DNA of 64,000 bases. Source: Candidatus Hodarchaeota archaeon (GTDB taxonomy: Archaea > Asgardarchaeota > Heimdallarchaeia > Hodarchaeales > Hodarchaeaceae). Of this stretch, positions 10,050 through 20,827 are shown piece by piece. Where the stretch lies: NCBI GenBank assembly GCA_029856365.1, contig JAHQWW010000008.1:9579-73578 (forward strand), in the 5' to 3' direction. Every line of letters begins with the position of its first letter. The stretch's first letter is position 1. Under the pieces are notes generated by a model. The model ran no database searches. It saw nothing but the letters and a program-made list of their open reading frames with translations, and was not told where the DNA came from. Position numbers and translations under genes: made by a program.

Positions 10050-11318
10050 TTAACTAACTTTAAGGTTATTATTCAATAGGGATTGAAGTTCAGAAATACG
10101 AGGAAAAATGGGAGGGGGGAGTGATATCTGCTGGAATAAGACTTTAGGATCTTTAAATCCGACACCAGTTATAGGTATGACTACTCGATCTGATCGATCA
10201 ATCTCTCCCATTTCAACTAACACTTCAAGACCAGCGATTCCTGCGGTCCCTGAAGGTTCACCGAAAATTCCTTCATATTGTGCTAACCATCGTTGGGTTC
10301 TGAGAATAGATTCCTCTGATACAGCAACTGCGGTACCAGAACTATCATAAATGGCAGCTAAAGCAGAGTCAGCATCCCAAGGATGAGGATCAGCAAGCCC
10401 TCCTGCTACGGTATGGGGAGTTCTCTTCCAGTCTTGTAATTCTAATGGAGGAGAGTTCCTTTTCACTCCTTTAACAATTGGTGCACACTCCTCAGGTTGG
10501 ACTGCAACATGATGAGGAACAGAAGATATGAAATCAAGCTTTTCAAATTCTTTGAATCCTCTATGAGTTCCTGCTAATAAACCTCCACTACCAGTAGCTA
10601 AAAGCACCCAATCAGGCGGCTCCCAATCAAATTGTTCACAGAGTTCAAAACCAAGACTTTTTGTGCCTTCAAATTGAAAAGGATTAAAGGGACCAAAAGA
10701 AGGGGAGGGTATCCATCCAAATGCTTCATAAGACTTTTGGAAGAGTGTTACTGATGGATCTTGACCTTGCACTACCTCCTTAACCCTAATTACTGTAGCT
10801 CCTAAATATGCTAGTTGGGATAATTTTCCTTCGGTCGCGTGTTCAGGTACAAAGACAACAACTTTTTTTCCCGCTCTCGCACCATAAGTCGCTAATGCTG
10901 CGGCCGCATTTCCAGATGAGGCGGCAGTTAAGACTTTGGCGTTTAATTCGACCCCTTTGGAAACCCCAATAGAAATCGGCCTATCTTTAAAGCTTCCTGA
11001 AGGATTCCCTGTTTCTACTTTAAAAAATAAATTTTTTAATCCAAATTTTTCTTTTCCCAAACGATGAGACAATAAGAGAGGCGTTCCTCCACCTCCAAGA
11101 TCAACGATGTTTTTATAATTTCTTATAGGAAAAAATTCTCTATATCGCCAATGAGTGAATGGTCTTTGCTGTAACTTTTCCTTTGTAACTAAATCGTGTA
11201 ATTCTTCATAATTGAAGTTTATTCGTAAGCGGAACCCACAACCACACCTTTCAGTCAAAAATTGCTCTTCTAACACCGATTTGGCACACTTTGGACATAT
11301 TAAATTAGGATCATACAC
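10050..11318 (-). CDS. thrC: Threonine synthase-family PLP enzyme
   Basis: FKVETGNPSGSFKDR, ASSGNAAA, TGSGG, GEPSG, ITGVGFKD; N-terminal CxxC. Confidence 0.85.
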   Translation of the reverse strand: MYDPNLICPKCAKSVLEEQFLTERCGCGFRLRINFNYEELHDLVTKEKLQQRPFTHWRYREFFPIRNYKNIVDLGGGGTPLLLSHRLGKEKFGLKNLFFKVETGNPSGSFKDRPISIGVSKGVELNAKVLTAASSGNAAAALATYGARAGKKVVVFVPEHATEGKLSQLAYLGATVIRVKEVVQGQDPSVTLFQKSYEAFGWIPSPSFGPFNPFQFEGTKSLGFELCEQFDWEPPDWVLLATGSGGLLAGTHRGFKEFEKLDFISSVPHHVAVQPEECAPIVKGVKRNSPPLELQDWKRTPHTVAGGLADPHPWDADSALAAIYDSSGTAVAVSEESILRTQRWLAQYEGIFGEPSGTAGIAGLEVLVEMGEIDRSDRVVIPITGVGFKDPKVLFQQISLPPPIFPRISELQSLLNNNLKVS

Positions 11319-11356
11319 AGTTAAAACCGCGCCATCTTAATAAAACTTGTTTTATC

Positions 11357-12748
11357 TTAAATTTGTCTCGCAATTCTGGGAGTGAGATCTAACCGCTCCC
11401 AAAGAGAGATTGCAGAATCCATTGACTGTTGACTAACCATCGTTGCATCGAGAGAAGTATGAGTGCGGTTTTTTACGACAGTTTTCCCATTTACAATGAC
11501 CCGTTTGATGTCTTTTCGTGAGAAAGAGCCATAAACAAGATGACTATAGACATTTCCTTCATGGATCGGTGTAGGTAAGGCGGACGCGTCTAATATTGTA
11601 AAATCTGCTGCTTTACCTTTATCGATGGATCCAATCTGATCTCTCAATCCGATAGCTTGTGCTGCATTTATAGTAATCATTTGTACTACTTGAAGGGGAG
11701 TTGGAAGTTGACTAGGATTACGATGGTTCAACTTATGCATGAGATAGGCAGTTCTCATATTTTCAATCGCATCATAGATAAAACCATCATTACCAACACC
11801 AATGTTTACCCCTTTCTGCAACATTTCAGGAAGTTTAGCTACCCCAACCGCGTTCAATTCATTACTTTTTGGATTATGAGCCACACTAGTACCTGTTTCA
11901 GCGATGAGGTCGATTTCGTGGCCGTTAATATGAACAGCATGAGCTAAGGCAGTTTTCGACCCGAGAAAACCTTCATCATAGAGTCGTTCAACTGTTCGTT
12001 TCCCATATTTCTCTAGGTTATGATGAAGACCTATCAAACCTTCTGAAGTATGCATTGTTTTGAAAGAGTCAGTTTTCGCAGCATACTCAACAGTTTTGTG
12101 AATTAATTCATCTGATACTGTAAAGGATGCATGTAAACAGTAAATCCCATTAACCAGAGTTTTTTCAGGATCGTTATGTGAAATAAAACGAAGATTTTCC
12201 TCTAATCCTTTTACCCCTTCTTCATAACTACGACGTTCTGTGGCTTCAAAACAAATTACTCCACGAACACCAACATCTTGTGTAGCCTTTGAAATACGAT
12301 CTAGTGACCCTTCAATGGAATTTGGACCTGAATAGGTATCTAAATAAGCAGTTACTCCATTTAAAGCTAATTCATAAACCGCATATAGTGCTGAAGTATA
12401 AGCATCGCCCAATGTAAGAGCCTCGTCCATTGTCCACCATATACGTTGCAAATTCTGTGTGAAATCAGTAGGAGGATCAATAAGAAGTGGAGCACCCCTT
12501 AATAGTGCTGAATAGAGATGAGTATGAGCACAAATAAAACCTGGAAACACAACTTGGTCTGAGCAATCAATAACTGTGTCAACATTATCAGTAATATCTT
12601 TTTCAACCTTAACTATCTGGCCATCCTCCACCAAAACATTTCCTTGGGATATGACTTCATTATTTGCATTCATTGTCACAATTAATCCATTTTTGAGTAA
12701 CAGACGTTCCATTATATTAACTCCAATATAGGATAAATGAAGAAGCAA
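11357..12748 (-). CDS. Amidohydrolase, SsnA/chlorohydrolase-like (probable start ATG 12712)
   Basis: PGFICAHTHLYS, PPTDFTQNLQRIWW, LHASFT, MHTSE, HAVH, GNDG. Confidence 0.8.
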   Translation of the reverse strand: MLLHLSYIGVNIMERLLLKNGLIVTMNANNEVISQGNVLVEDGQIVKVEKDITDNVDTVIDCSDQVVFPGFICAHTHLYSALLRGAPLLIDPPTDFTQNLQRIWWTMDEALTLGDAYTSALYAVYELALNGVTAYLDTYSGPNSIEGSLDRISKATQDVGVRGVICFEATERRSYEEGVKGLEENLRFISHNDPEKTLVNGIYCLHASFTVSDELIHKTVEYAAKTDSFKTMHTSEGLIGLHHNLEKYGKRTVERLYDEGFLGSKTALAHAVHINGHEIDLIAETGTSVAHNPKSNELNAVGVAKLPEMLQKGVNIGVGNDGFIYDAIENMRTAYLMHKLNHRNPSQLPTPLQVVQMITINAAQAIGLRDQIGSIDKGKAADFTILDASALPTPIHEGNVYSHLVYGSFSRKDIKRVIVNGKTVVKNRTHTSLDATMVSQQSMDSAISLWERLDLTPRIARQI

Positions 12749-12851
12749 TTTCTTAAGGATTTTTTTTTTGTTTTCCTTTTTTACCCTAAGATAATTACTA
12801 ATATGATAAAGTTTTAATTCTATTGATGTTCATACGGAATATTGAGTTTCT

Positions 12852-15050
12852 TTGAATCAAATGAGGAACTTCCTTATGAATAATATAAAATACAATATTG
12901 TAATGTTTCTATTGATAACAGGATTTTTATTACTAATCTTTAATACAAATATCGGGGTTAGGGACGACTCTAATCTTCGATTCAAGATTACAAATACTGC
13001 ATCGCCCTTGTTATATACTCCGAAATTTGACACGCTGAACATCAAAGAGAAAATGACTCTCAGTCCGATGTTCACTCCTGATAATGCACTTGCTATTCAT
13101 AAAGCATGGATTGATCTCGCGAACAGCAGTATTGATGTACAGAATCAGTACATTACCCAATTTGATAACGGAGACTGGGATACTGATTCATCACCTATTG
13201 TACGAGCCCTTGTTGACGCCAATAACAGCCGAGGAGTAAATGTACGAGTTCAGGTCAATGAAGATGGTGATAGTGATGATGTCACAAATTACTTGCAAAG
13301 TAAAGGAATCGAAGTCAGGTGGATGGGATCCTCGTCTAATAATCCTGATGGAGAGTATCTATCAAGTACGCATAATAAACTAGTCATTATTGATAAAAAA
13401 GTGACTCTCCTTTCATCGATCAACTTTGGAATAAATGCCTTTACCAACAATCGCGAAGCAGGAATGGCCATCCAAAATCCAGCTGTAGCTAATTATTTTA
13501 CTTCAATTTTTGAGTCAGATTGGAAAGACGGTGAAGTTCCTCCAACATCCCTTATTAAATATTCATTGAAAAGAAATTCTTTAGTGATAGAATCGAATTC
13601 TAGAAAAAGAATTAGCTATACAAGCCCTACTGATATTCCGAAAGCCAATTTCACGGATATATACAATGTTACGCTATTTACAAATCCTGATAATGCAGAC
13701 GAAGTAATTTTCCGCTATCTTAAAGAAGCAAAAACATCTATTTATGTATCAATGTATACGATCAGCCGTTCTGATTTCAATGAAACTTTAATCGATTTGA
13801 AACAAGCTAATCCTAGTATAGATATTCAGGTTCTGATATCTAATCGAAGATTTGGTTCTTATGAAAATATTGATACAGCCTCAGCAGCAAGATCATTGGT
13901 TGAAAATTTAATCCCAGTCTATAACTCTACCAAGGATCTGAATTATTATCATAACAAATATTGGATTATTGACGGAAATCATGTATTTGTTTATTCAGGC
14001 AATTGGAGTCCAAGAAGTGTTTCCAAATTGGATCCAGGTGACACTTACTTCTTATCTGGTGATGTTAATCGTGACATGGGGATTGCGGTACATGATGCCT
14101 CTGATATTGCTTCATTCTTTAAAGAAGAGGTTTGGGATGCAGACGTAGCTGTAGCAGACGCTTGGGAGTTACCAATTGGAATTAGACAAACAAGTTTCTC
14201 TAAAGCAGATGTCATTTCGGGAACAGTTTCTTTTAATGGACAAATTACAGGTCTTGATGAGGCAATAGTCTCATATAGATGGGGAACTGAAGATTTTACC
14301 GAAGTACCCCTGAAAAAAGATACTTTTTCAGTTCAATTAGATACACGAACAATCCCAAACGGTATCACAACCTTTGAGGTTAAAGCAGAAACCAATACCC
14401 AAACTTTCACTGATGAAGTGACAGTAAACATTGTTAACTTCGCTTCTGATGAGAACTGGAGATTCCTCATAACAGAACTGTTACCTGATCCGTCAGCTGT
14501 GTCAGATGCAGAAGGGGAATATATTGAACTCACAAATAGTTTTCCATTTGATCTGTTAATTGAGGACTGGCAAATTGGAGACGATAAAAGCCTTTATACG
14601 TTTCCTTCGGATTACACTGTTGACGAATATTCATCTATTGTGATTGCGAAAGATCTAGCTGGTTTTGAAAGTGCCTATGGAAAAACTGCTGATATAGAAA
14701 TGGCCATTGCTCTGACAAATACTGGTGATTTTGTACAACTCTTGGATCACAAAGAAAATTATTTTGATGTCGTTGCTTACGGTGATGCTACTACACCTGA
14801 CGGATCAGAAGTATTAGAAGCTCCTGATGCTGGTGAAGCAATTCAAAGAACACCATTACACATTGACACCAATACTAAAGAGGACTTCAGTATTGGATCA
14901 CCTGATCCAAAAGGGCCTGTTCCTCACGTTTCTTTGAATACTGAAGTACAGTTTTCAAATGATACATCAACAGAGGATACCCCGCTTTGTTGGGGTGTAA
15001 TAATCATTACTCTTGTTCTTTTTCCCATTATCAGGAGGAGATCAAAGTAA
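12852..15050 (+). CDS. Surface phospholipase D/nuclease-family protein with lamin-tail domain and C-terminal membrane anchor
   Basis: Two HxKxxxxD motifs (HNKLVIID, HNKYWIID); ITELLPDP..DAEGEYIELTN LTD; N-terminal hydrophobic segment; C-terminal TM + RRRSK. Confidence 0.85.
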   Translation: MNQMRNFLMNNIKYNIVMFLLITGFLLLIFNTNIGVRDDSNLRFKITNTASPLLYTPKFDTLNIKEKMTLSPMFTPDNALAIHKAWIDLANSSIDVQNQYITQFDNGDWDTDSSPIVRALVDANNSRGVNVRVQVNEDGDSDDVTNYLQSKGIEVRWMGSSSNNPDGEYLSSTHNKLVIIDKKVTLLSSINFGINAFTNNREAGMAIQNPAVANYFTSIFESDWKDGEVPPTSLIKYSLKRNSLVIESNSRKRISYTSPTDIPKANFTDIYNVTLFTNPDNADEVIFRYLKEAKTSIYVSMYTISRSDFNETLIDLKQANPSIDIQVLISNRRFGSYENIDTASAARSLVENLIPVYNSTKDLNYYHNKYWIIDGNHVFVYSGNWSPRSVSKLDPGDTYFLSGDVNRDMGIAVHDASDIASFFKEEVWDADVAVADAWELPIGIRQTSFSKADVISGTVSFNGQITGLDEAIVSYRWGTEDFTEVPLKKDTFSVQLDTRTIPNGITTFEVKAETNTQTFTDEVTVNIVNFASDENWRFLITELLPDPSAVSDAEGEYIELTNSFPFDLLIEDWQIGDDKSLYTFPSDYTVDEYSSIVIAKDLAGFESAYGKTADIEMAIALTNTGDFVQLLDHKENYFDVVAYGDATTPDGSEVLEAPDAGEAIQRTPLHIDTNTKEDFSIGSPDPKGPVPHVSLNTEVQFSNDTSTEDTPLCWGVIIITLVLFPIIRRRSK

Positions 15051-15286
15051 AACGGATCAAGTTCCGAATCCCGACATGGGATGAAGGCCGTAATTTCATG
15101 AAGGAAATAGCGAAGGAATTAAACATCGAACCCGAAATTCGTGATGCTAGGCAGGTCATCAGTAGTGATTCGATTGAGATCCACTTCCATCCTGATGATC
15201 GTGGATTTTCTTTTATCACCTGTAAGCTTCATGATGAATCGTTTGAACCTATGCTTGAGAAGTACATAAGACGTTACAGTAAGTGA
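14987..15286 (+). CDS. Hypothetical small protein (start uncertain)
   Basis: Protein-like composition after ~15047; AGGAGG near 15033; overlaps PLD gene end. Confidence 0.45.
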   Translation: MLGCNNHYSCSFSHYQEEIKVKRIKFRIPTWDEGRNFMKEIAKELNIEPEIRDARQVISSDSIEIHFHPDDRGFSFITCKLHDESFEPMLEKYIRRYSK

Positions 15287-15684
15287 GTATATCAGGCTTG
15301 TTAATGAAATAATAGGAAAATCCACACCTTCCCATCCCACTTCAGATGCTAGCATTATTTTTCCATTTTTATTCAATAAAACTGATGTTTTTATTTCCAT
15401 TATTTCTGCTAAACAAAAGTATTCAAGTAAAGAAAGGAAATTTACTGTGTTCTTTCGACAAAAATATTTATGTCGATATTTTGTATTGAGTGACAATCCG
15501 ATCGGTTTATGTGAATTCATGTTCTCAGAGCTATTATGACATATGCGCTAGCCAATATCTCGGGCATTGGAAGGGCGATAAAAAGAAATATTTATAAAGA
15601 TGAGAAATTGCAGGTCACTTGTTCTGTTAAAAAGTAGATCAAAAGCAGAACGAACAAATTTTTTGGAGAAAAGGTGAAAAAAAA

Positions 15685-15888
15685 ATGGCAGGATTTGCAT
15701 CTGCAAGAATTGAGAAAATAATCCGTAACGCTGGAGCACGACGTGTCTCTGCAGACGCGATTGACAGACTCAATGAGATTGTAACTGATTATGGCACTAA
15801 CATCGCCAAATACGCAGTTGAGATTGCTCGTCACTCTGGTCGAAAAACGGTCAAAGAATCTGACATTAAATTGGCAGCAACCAAATAA
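15685..15888 (+). CDS. Archaeal histone (HMf-like, tail-less)
   Basis: RIEKIIRNAGARRVSADA...ARHSGRKTVKESDIKLA histone fold. Confidence 0.95.
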   Translation: MAGFASARIEKIIRNAGARRVSADAIDRLNEIVTDYGTNIAKYAVEIARHSGRKTVKESDIKLAATK

Positions 15889-16128
15889 GCTCCTTTTAAA
15901 TGTCGATAAACATTCTCTTCTTTTCTTTTTTTTACTTCCAAAGTTTACCATACTGTTTTTTCAGTGTAATTACAAATTTCTTCGTAATTAATTACGCTAT
16001 TTCAGTCCGGTAACACGCAACAACTAATTTAATATCAAACTAAACTGCATTAAATGAGCTTAAAATCCCCTAAAACTCCCTAAGTTAAAGAAAAAAGGGA
16101 TAAAAGGGGATCAACGAGGTTTGTTACC

Positions 16129-17778
16129 ATGCAATTAGGTGGACAACCAGTAATTATACTCAAAGAAGGAACAGAGCGCTCACGCGGTCGAGACGCTCTA
16201 CGAAACAACATCCAGGCCGCGATAGCTGTCGCAGATTCAGTACGTAGTGCATTAGGCCCTAGAGGCCTTGACAAACTTTTAGTAGATTCACTAGGCGATG
16301 TAGTGATTACTAATGACGGCGCTACAATTCTAGATGAAATCGACGTCCAGCATCCAGCAGCTAAACTCCTTGTTCAGGTTGCCAAAACCCAAGACCAAGA
16401 AGTTGGTGATGGAACAACAACATCTGTCATTGTCGCTGGTGAATTGCTAAAGCGGGCTGAAAAACTGCTTGATCGGAAGATCCATCCAACGGTGATAATT
16501 TCAGGCTTTAAACTAGCCTCTGATAAATGCACTGAGATCTTACAAAGTATTGCCAACAAGATTGATCCAAATAATGAAGCCCATCTCAAAAACGTTGCCA
16601 GAACTTCCCTCAACTCTAAGGCCACAGGAGGAGCAAAAGATCTACTGGCAGAAATAGCTGTCAACGCTACCAAAGCCGTAATGGAAGAGGGGAAAGTGGA
16701 CATTGATATGATTTCTATTATTCAAAAACAAGGTAAAGGCCTACATGATACCGAACTAGTTCAAGGAATTGTTATTGACAAAGAAGTTGTCAATACTAGA
16801 ATGCCTTCTTCTGTAGAAACAGCTAAAATAGCTTTGATAGATCTAGCATTGGAGATAAAAAAAACCGAATTTGACGCAAAAATCCGTATTACTGACGCTT
16901 CTATGATGGATGCATTTCTAGATCAGGAACAAGATATGATTAAAGAAATGGTTGATAAAATCCATGAATCAGGAGCAAATGTAATTCTTTGTCAAAAAGG
17001 AATTGATGATTTAGCTCAACATTTTCTAGCTAAAGAGGGCATTTTAGCTGTGCGACGAGTCAAGAAATCTGACATGGAAAAGTTGTCCAAGGCCACAGGT
17101 GCACGGATTGTCACCAATATCAAAGATCTTTCATCAGAAGATCTAGGAGATGCTGGGTTTGTCGAAGAAGTTCAGATTGGTGACGAGAAACTTATTTACA
17201 TCAAAGAATGCGCCAATCCCAAAAGTGTTTCTGTTGTTCTTCGCGGCGGGACTAAATATGTAACGGATGAAGGAGAACGGGCCTTACATGATGCACTTTG
17301 CGTTGTACGCGATGTTTTAGAAGATGGTTGGGCTGTTGCAGGAGCTGGTAGCCCTGAAATTGAATTGCATAAGAGTCTTAAAGAATACGCTGGTACAATT
17401 AAGGGACGTGAACAGATGGCTGTAGATGCTTTTGCTGACGCGGTAGAGATTATTCCAAGAACACTTGCCGAAAATGCTGGTCTAGATTCAATTGATGTGC
17501 TAGTCGAACTCAGAGCTGCTCATGAAAAAGGGAATGCTAACATTGGAATAAATGTGGACACAGGTAAGAATGTTGATGCCTTTGAGGCTGGAATCATTGA
17601 GCCTCTTCGTGTTAAACGTCAAGCACTTAGATCTGCAAGGGAAGCAGCAGAATTAATTCTTAGAATTGACGATGTTATCGCTAGTAAAAGCTTAGGTGAA
17701 GGCCCAGGTGGAATGCCCCCAGGTGGAATGCCCCCAGGTGGAATGGGTGGTATGGGTGGTTATCCCCCCATGATGTAG
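16129..17778 (+). CDS. thsA: Thermosome (group II chaperonin) subunit
   Basis: [31 protein letters not shown] tail. Confidence 0.95.
   Translation: MQLGGQPVIILKEGTERSRGRDALRNNIQAAIAVADSVRSALGPRGLDKLLVDSLGDVVITNDGATILDEIDVQHPAAKLLVQVAKTQDQEVGDGTTTSVIVAGELLKRAEKLLDRKIHPTVIISGFKLASDKCTEILQSIANKIDPNNEAHLKNVARTSLNSKATGGAKDLLAEIAVNATKAVMEEGKVDIDMISIIQKQGKGLHDTELVQGIVIDKEVVNTRMPSSVETAKIALIDLALEIKKTEFDAKIRITDASMMDAFLDQEQDMIKEMVDKIHESGANVILCQKGIDDLAQHFLAKEGILAVRRVKKSDMEKLSKATGARIVTNIKDLSSEDLGDAGFVEEVQIGDEKLIYIKECANPKSVSVVLRGGTKYVTDEGERALHDALCVVRDVLEDGWAVAGAGSPEIELHKSLKEYAGTIKGREQMAVDAFADAVEIIPRTLAENAGLDSIDVLVELRAAHEKGNANIGINVDTGKNVDAFEAGIIEPLRVKRQALRSAREAAELILRIDDVIASKSLGEGPGGMPPGGMPPGGMGGMGGYPPMM
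17703..17745 (+). repeat. ~2.9 x 15-bp tandem repeat (CCCAGGTGGAATGCC) encoding the PGGMP chaperonin tail
   Basis: Read directly. Confidence 0.9.
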
Positions 17779-17790
17779 GAGGAAATCAAA

Positions 17791-19419
17791 ATGACACTAC
17801 AAGGTACTCCAGTATTCATTTTAAAAGAAGATACAGCACGAACTACAGGAAAAGATGCACTTAGCAGCAATATTACAGCTGCTCGTGTGATTTCTGAAGC
17901 AATTCGCTCTGCCCTCGGCCCCAAGGGTCGTGATAAGATGTTAGTGGATAATTTCGGAGATGTCGTGATCACTAACGATGGGGCGACTATTTTGAAAGAG
18001 ATTGACATCGCTCACCCTATTGGTAAGATGATGGTGGAGCTCTCTAAGATTCAGGATCAAGAAGTCGGCGATGGAACCACTACTGTGGTCATTATAGCTG
18101 GAGAATTACTACAACATGCAGCAGAACTAATTTCCAGCGATAAAATTCATCCTACGATTCTTGTCGAAGGTTATCGAGTAGCTACAGAGAAAGCTGCTGA
18201 ATACCTGAAGGAAATTGCAATGGATGTTCCTGCTGAAAATGATGCACTTCTAGTTCAACTTGTCAATACTACCATGGGATCTAAAATTGTCTCACGTTCT
18301 AGCAACCTATTAGCTAGAATTGTAATAGACGCTGTTAAAAGCATTGATCCTGGCACAGGTAAAATTGATATTGATGATATTAAGGTTGAAAAGAAAGAAG
18401 GCGAGGATATTGAATCCACAGTTCTTATAAAAGGTATCGTCTTAGACAAAGAAGTTGTGCATGCAGGAATGCCAAAGAAGTTGAAAAATCCCAAGATAGC
18501 ATTAATCGCAGAAGCTTTTGAAGTTTCAAAGACGGAATTTGACTCTGAACTTAGTATTACAGATCCTTCCAAGATTCAAGAATTCTTAGATCGAGAAGCG
18601 GGTATGTTAAAAAAGATGGTAGATAAGATTGTAGAATCTGGTGCTAATGTTGTAATTGCCCAAAAGGGTATTGACGATATTGCCCAACATCTTTTAGCCA
18701 AACAGAATATCATGGCCATTCGTCGTGTTAAAAAGTCAGATATGGAAAAATTAGCAAAGGCAACAGGTTCTAAAATCGTGAGTAATATTCCAGACCTTGC
18801 AACCGACGATCTCGGAACCGCGGGAAAAATATATGAAACCAAAGTTGGAGACGACGATATGGTTTTTGTGGAAGACTGTCCTTTAGCAAAGTCTGTTACA
18901 ATCTTGATTCGTGGTGGAACAGAACTCGTAGTAGATGAAGCTGAACGATCTATTCATGATGCAATCTGTGTGGTTCGTAATGTATTAGAGGATAAAAAAA
19001 TTGTTCCTGGTGGTGGTGCGCCAGAGGCTTATGTTAGCCGGAAGCTTCACAAGTTCTCTGAATCATTAGTTGGACGTGAACAACTTGCTGTTCAAGCTTT
19101 TGCTAATGCTTTGGAAGTTGTTCCCCGAACTCTCGCTGAAAATGCTGGATTGGATCCAATTGATATCATCGTAGCTCTTCGAACAGAACATGAAAGTGGG
19201 AATAATAAAGCAGGTATTGATGTCTTTCAAGGTAAAGTTCGCAATATGACCGACGTGATTGAACCCCTTCGTGTGAAAACTCATGCAATCACAGCAGCGA
19301 GTGAAAATGCTCAGATGATATTACGTATCGACGATATCATTGCAGCAAAAGCATCTGAAGGCCCAGGTGGACCACCAGGAGGACCAGGTGGCGACATGGG
19401 CGGCGAAGATTTTGACTAA
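17791..19419 (+). CDS. thsB: Thermosome subunit (second paralog)
   Basis: [24 protein letters not shown]; acidic tail GGEDFD. Confidence 0.93.
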   Translation: MTLQGTPVFILKEDTARTTGKDALSSNITAARVISEAIRSALGPKGRDKMLVDNFGDVVITNDGATILKEIDIAHPIGKMMVELSKIQDQEVGDGTTTVVIIAGELLQHAAELISSDKIHPTILVEGYRVATEKAAEYLKEIAMDVPAENDALLVQLVNTTMGSKIVSRSSNLLARIVIDAVKSIDPGTGKIDIDDIKVEKKEGEDIESTVLIKGIVLDKEVVHAGMPKKLKNPKIALIAEAFEVSKTEFDSELSITDPSKIQEFLDREAGMLKKMVDKIVESGANVVIAQKGIDDIAQHLLAKQNIMAIRRVKKSDMEKLAKATGSKIVSNIPDLATDDLGTAGKIYETKVGDDDMVFVEDCPLAKSVTILIRGGTELVVDEAERSIHDAICVVRNVLEDKKIVPGGGAPEAYVSRKLHKFSESLVGREQLAVQAFANALEVVPRTLAENAGLDPIDIIVALRTEHESGNNKAGIDVFQGKVRNMTDVIEPLRVKTHAITAASENAQMILRIDDIIAAKASEGPGGPPGGPGGDMGGEDFD

Positions 19420-19453
19420 TTTTCCCCCTCTTTTTTCCTTCTTTCTTTTTTTT
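19420..19453 (+). terminator. Pyrimidine/oligo-T tract, probable archaeal terminator
   Basis: Long T/C-only tract directly after the stop codon. Confidence 0.5.
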
Positions 19454-19652
19454 AATAAAATTCCTTTTACATATAATCCGGTATGTTCAATTTTTCTAAT
19501 TTCGCTTTTTTTGCTCTTTTCCTTTCAACAAATACAATTTACAACCCGAGGCGAAAAAATTCATATATCTCAGTTAAAACCTTCCCATCCTGACACTAGG
19601 GCATTTTCTACGCACAACGTTTTTTTGCATTAATAATCGAGCTGTTTATCTT

Positions 19653-19985
19653 TTGTCAAACGACAATATTGATCAAAAAATTCTCATTGGGCCTAAAATG
19701 CTCACCAGATTTGAGTATGCCCGAATTTTGGGAGCTCGTGCACTCCAGATCTCCATGGGAGCTCCAGTCCTGGTCGAATCAGATGATCCTTCTAAGATTG
19801 AGGGGCTTCAAAGAGATGAACAAGAACAAGGGGATCCCCTTTTAATTTCTGAGAGGGAAATAAAAAAAGGTCTTCTTCCTATCTTAGTTAGAAGAACTCT
19901 TCCGGATGGTAGATACCAAGACATTCCTCTTGCATATCTTTTGAAAGAAGCTGGCAGAAAACATGGAGAATTTCTTATTAAATAG
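19653..19985 (+). CDS. rpoK: RNA polymerase subunit Rpo6/K
   Basis: [22 protein letters not shown]...[12 protein letters not shown]. Confidence 0.95.
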   Translation: MSNDNIDQKILIGPKMLTRFEYARILGARALQISMGAPVLVESDDPSKIEGLQRDEQEQGDPLLISEREIKKGLLPILVRRTLPDGRYQDIPLAYLLKEAGRKHGEFLIK

Positions 19986-20130
19986 TTAGATTTCTAAAAA
20001 TTATCTCTATCTAATCGATCTTAAACTATTTCTGTCAATGAATATCATTTAAATCTAAATCAGAACAAACATATTTTTTCTATTCTTCCTTAAAATAAAA
20101 GCTTTTTATTAGGGGATTGTTCATGCAAAA

Positions 20131-20823
20131 ATGGAGGTTAAAGATATTTCTAAGCAGGATGACTATAAAGCACGATATAAGGCACTTGGTAAAAAGCTGA
20201 AACGAATCCAAGATGATACAACTCAAGAGGTACAAGAACAGCTGGAAAAAGGAGTAGAATCAATATCTTCGACCAAGTACCTTCCTGAAGATTTAGCAAC
20301 ATATCTTCTTAGTTTAAAACGAGAAATTAGCTTACCTGTTTCTGTACTTCCGTCTTCTCTTTTCAATCGGCCAGTATTTTTTGGACGCGAAGATTTTTTC
20401 CATCGACTTGCGTCAGAATTAATTTCTTTCGGTATTGCTTACCAAAGAGTCTATCTTCTACCCATTAAATTAAATCAGCTAGCAACTCTCTTCCACAAAC
20501 ACCGTCCCTGGTGGAAATGCGACATTCAGGACATTGAGAAAGCTTTAGTCATTCTAAATAAACATAAAATCATCCGAAACACTCCTGATGGATTTTTATT
20601 TGAACCATTGTCAATGTCCTCTGATGTTAAGGACTTCTTAACCTTCATATCCAAAGGAATCAACAAGTTTGGAGAGATATCTTTAGTTTCTGCTCGGAAA
20701 CTGGTACCTTGGAATAACGCGAAGATAGAAGCAATGGTAGAGTTATTATGTTCTAATGAAATTTGTTTTATAGATCGAAATAAAGAATTATTATTTTTTC
20801 CTGAGCTTAAAACAGGCTCGTGA
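20131..20823 (+). CDS. Vps22/Vps36 (EAP30, ESCRT-II)-like tandem winged-helix protein
   Basis: N-terminal coiled helix, DFFHRLA, DIEKAL, PLSMSSD, W..AKIEAMVELL...CFID, FFPEL align by eye with Snf8/Vps22 motifs. Confidence 0.65.
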   Translation: MEVKDISKQDDYKARYKALGKKLKRIQDDTTQEVQEQLEKGVESISSTKYLPEDLATYLLSLKREISLPVSVLPSSLFNRPVFFGREDFFHRLASELISFGIAYQRVYLLPIKLNQLATLFHKHRPWWKCDIQDIEKALVILNKHKIIRNTPDGFLFEPLSMSSDVKDFLTFISKGINKFGEISLVSARKLVPWNNAKIEAMVELLCSNEICFIDRNKELLFFPELKTGS

Positions 20824-20827
20824 AGAT

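Noticed and set aside
14460-14900. Lamin-tail domain as a eukaryotic signature protein
   Set aside because: LTDs fused to PLD/nuclease domains are common in prokaryotes; no coiled-coil rod is present
15685-15888. Tailed, eukaryote-like histone
   Set aside because: 67-aa minimal histone fold with no N-terminal tail
17703-17760. Tandem repeat as CRISPR or contingency locus
   Set aside because: In-frame coding repeat for the ordinary GGM chaperonin tail; no spacers
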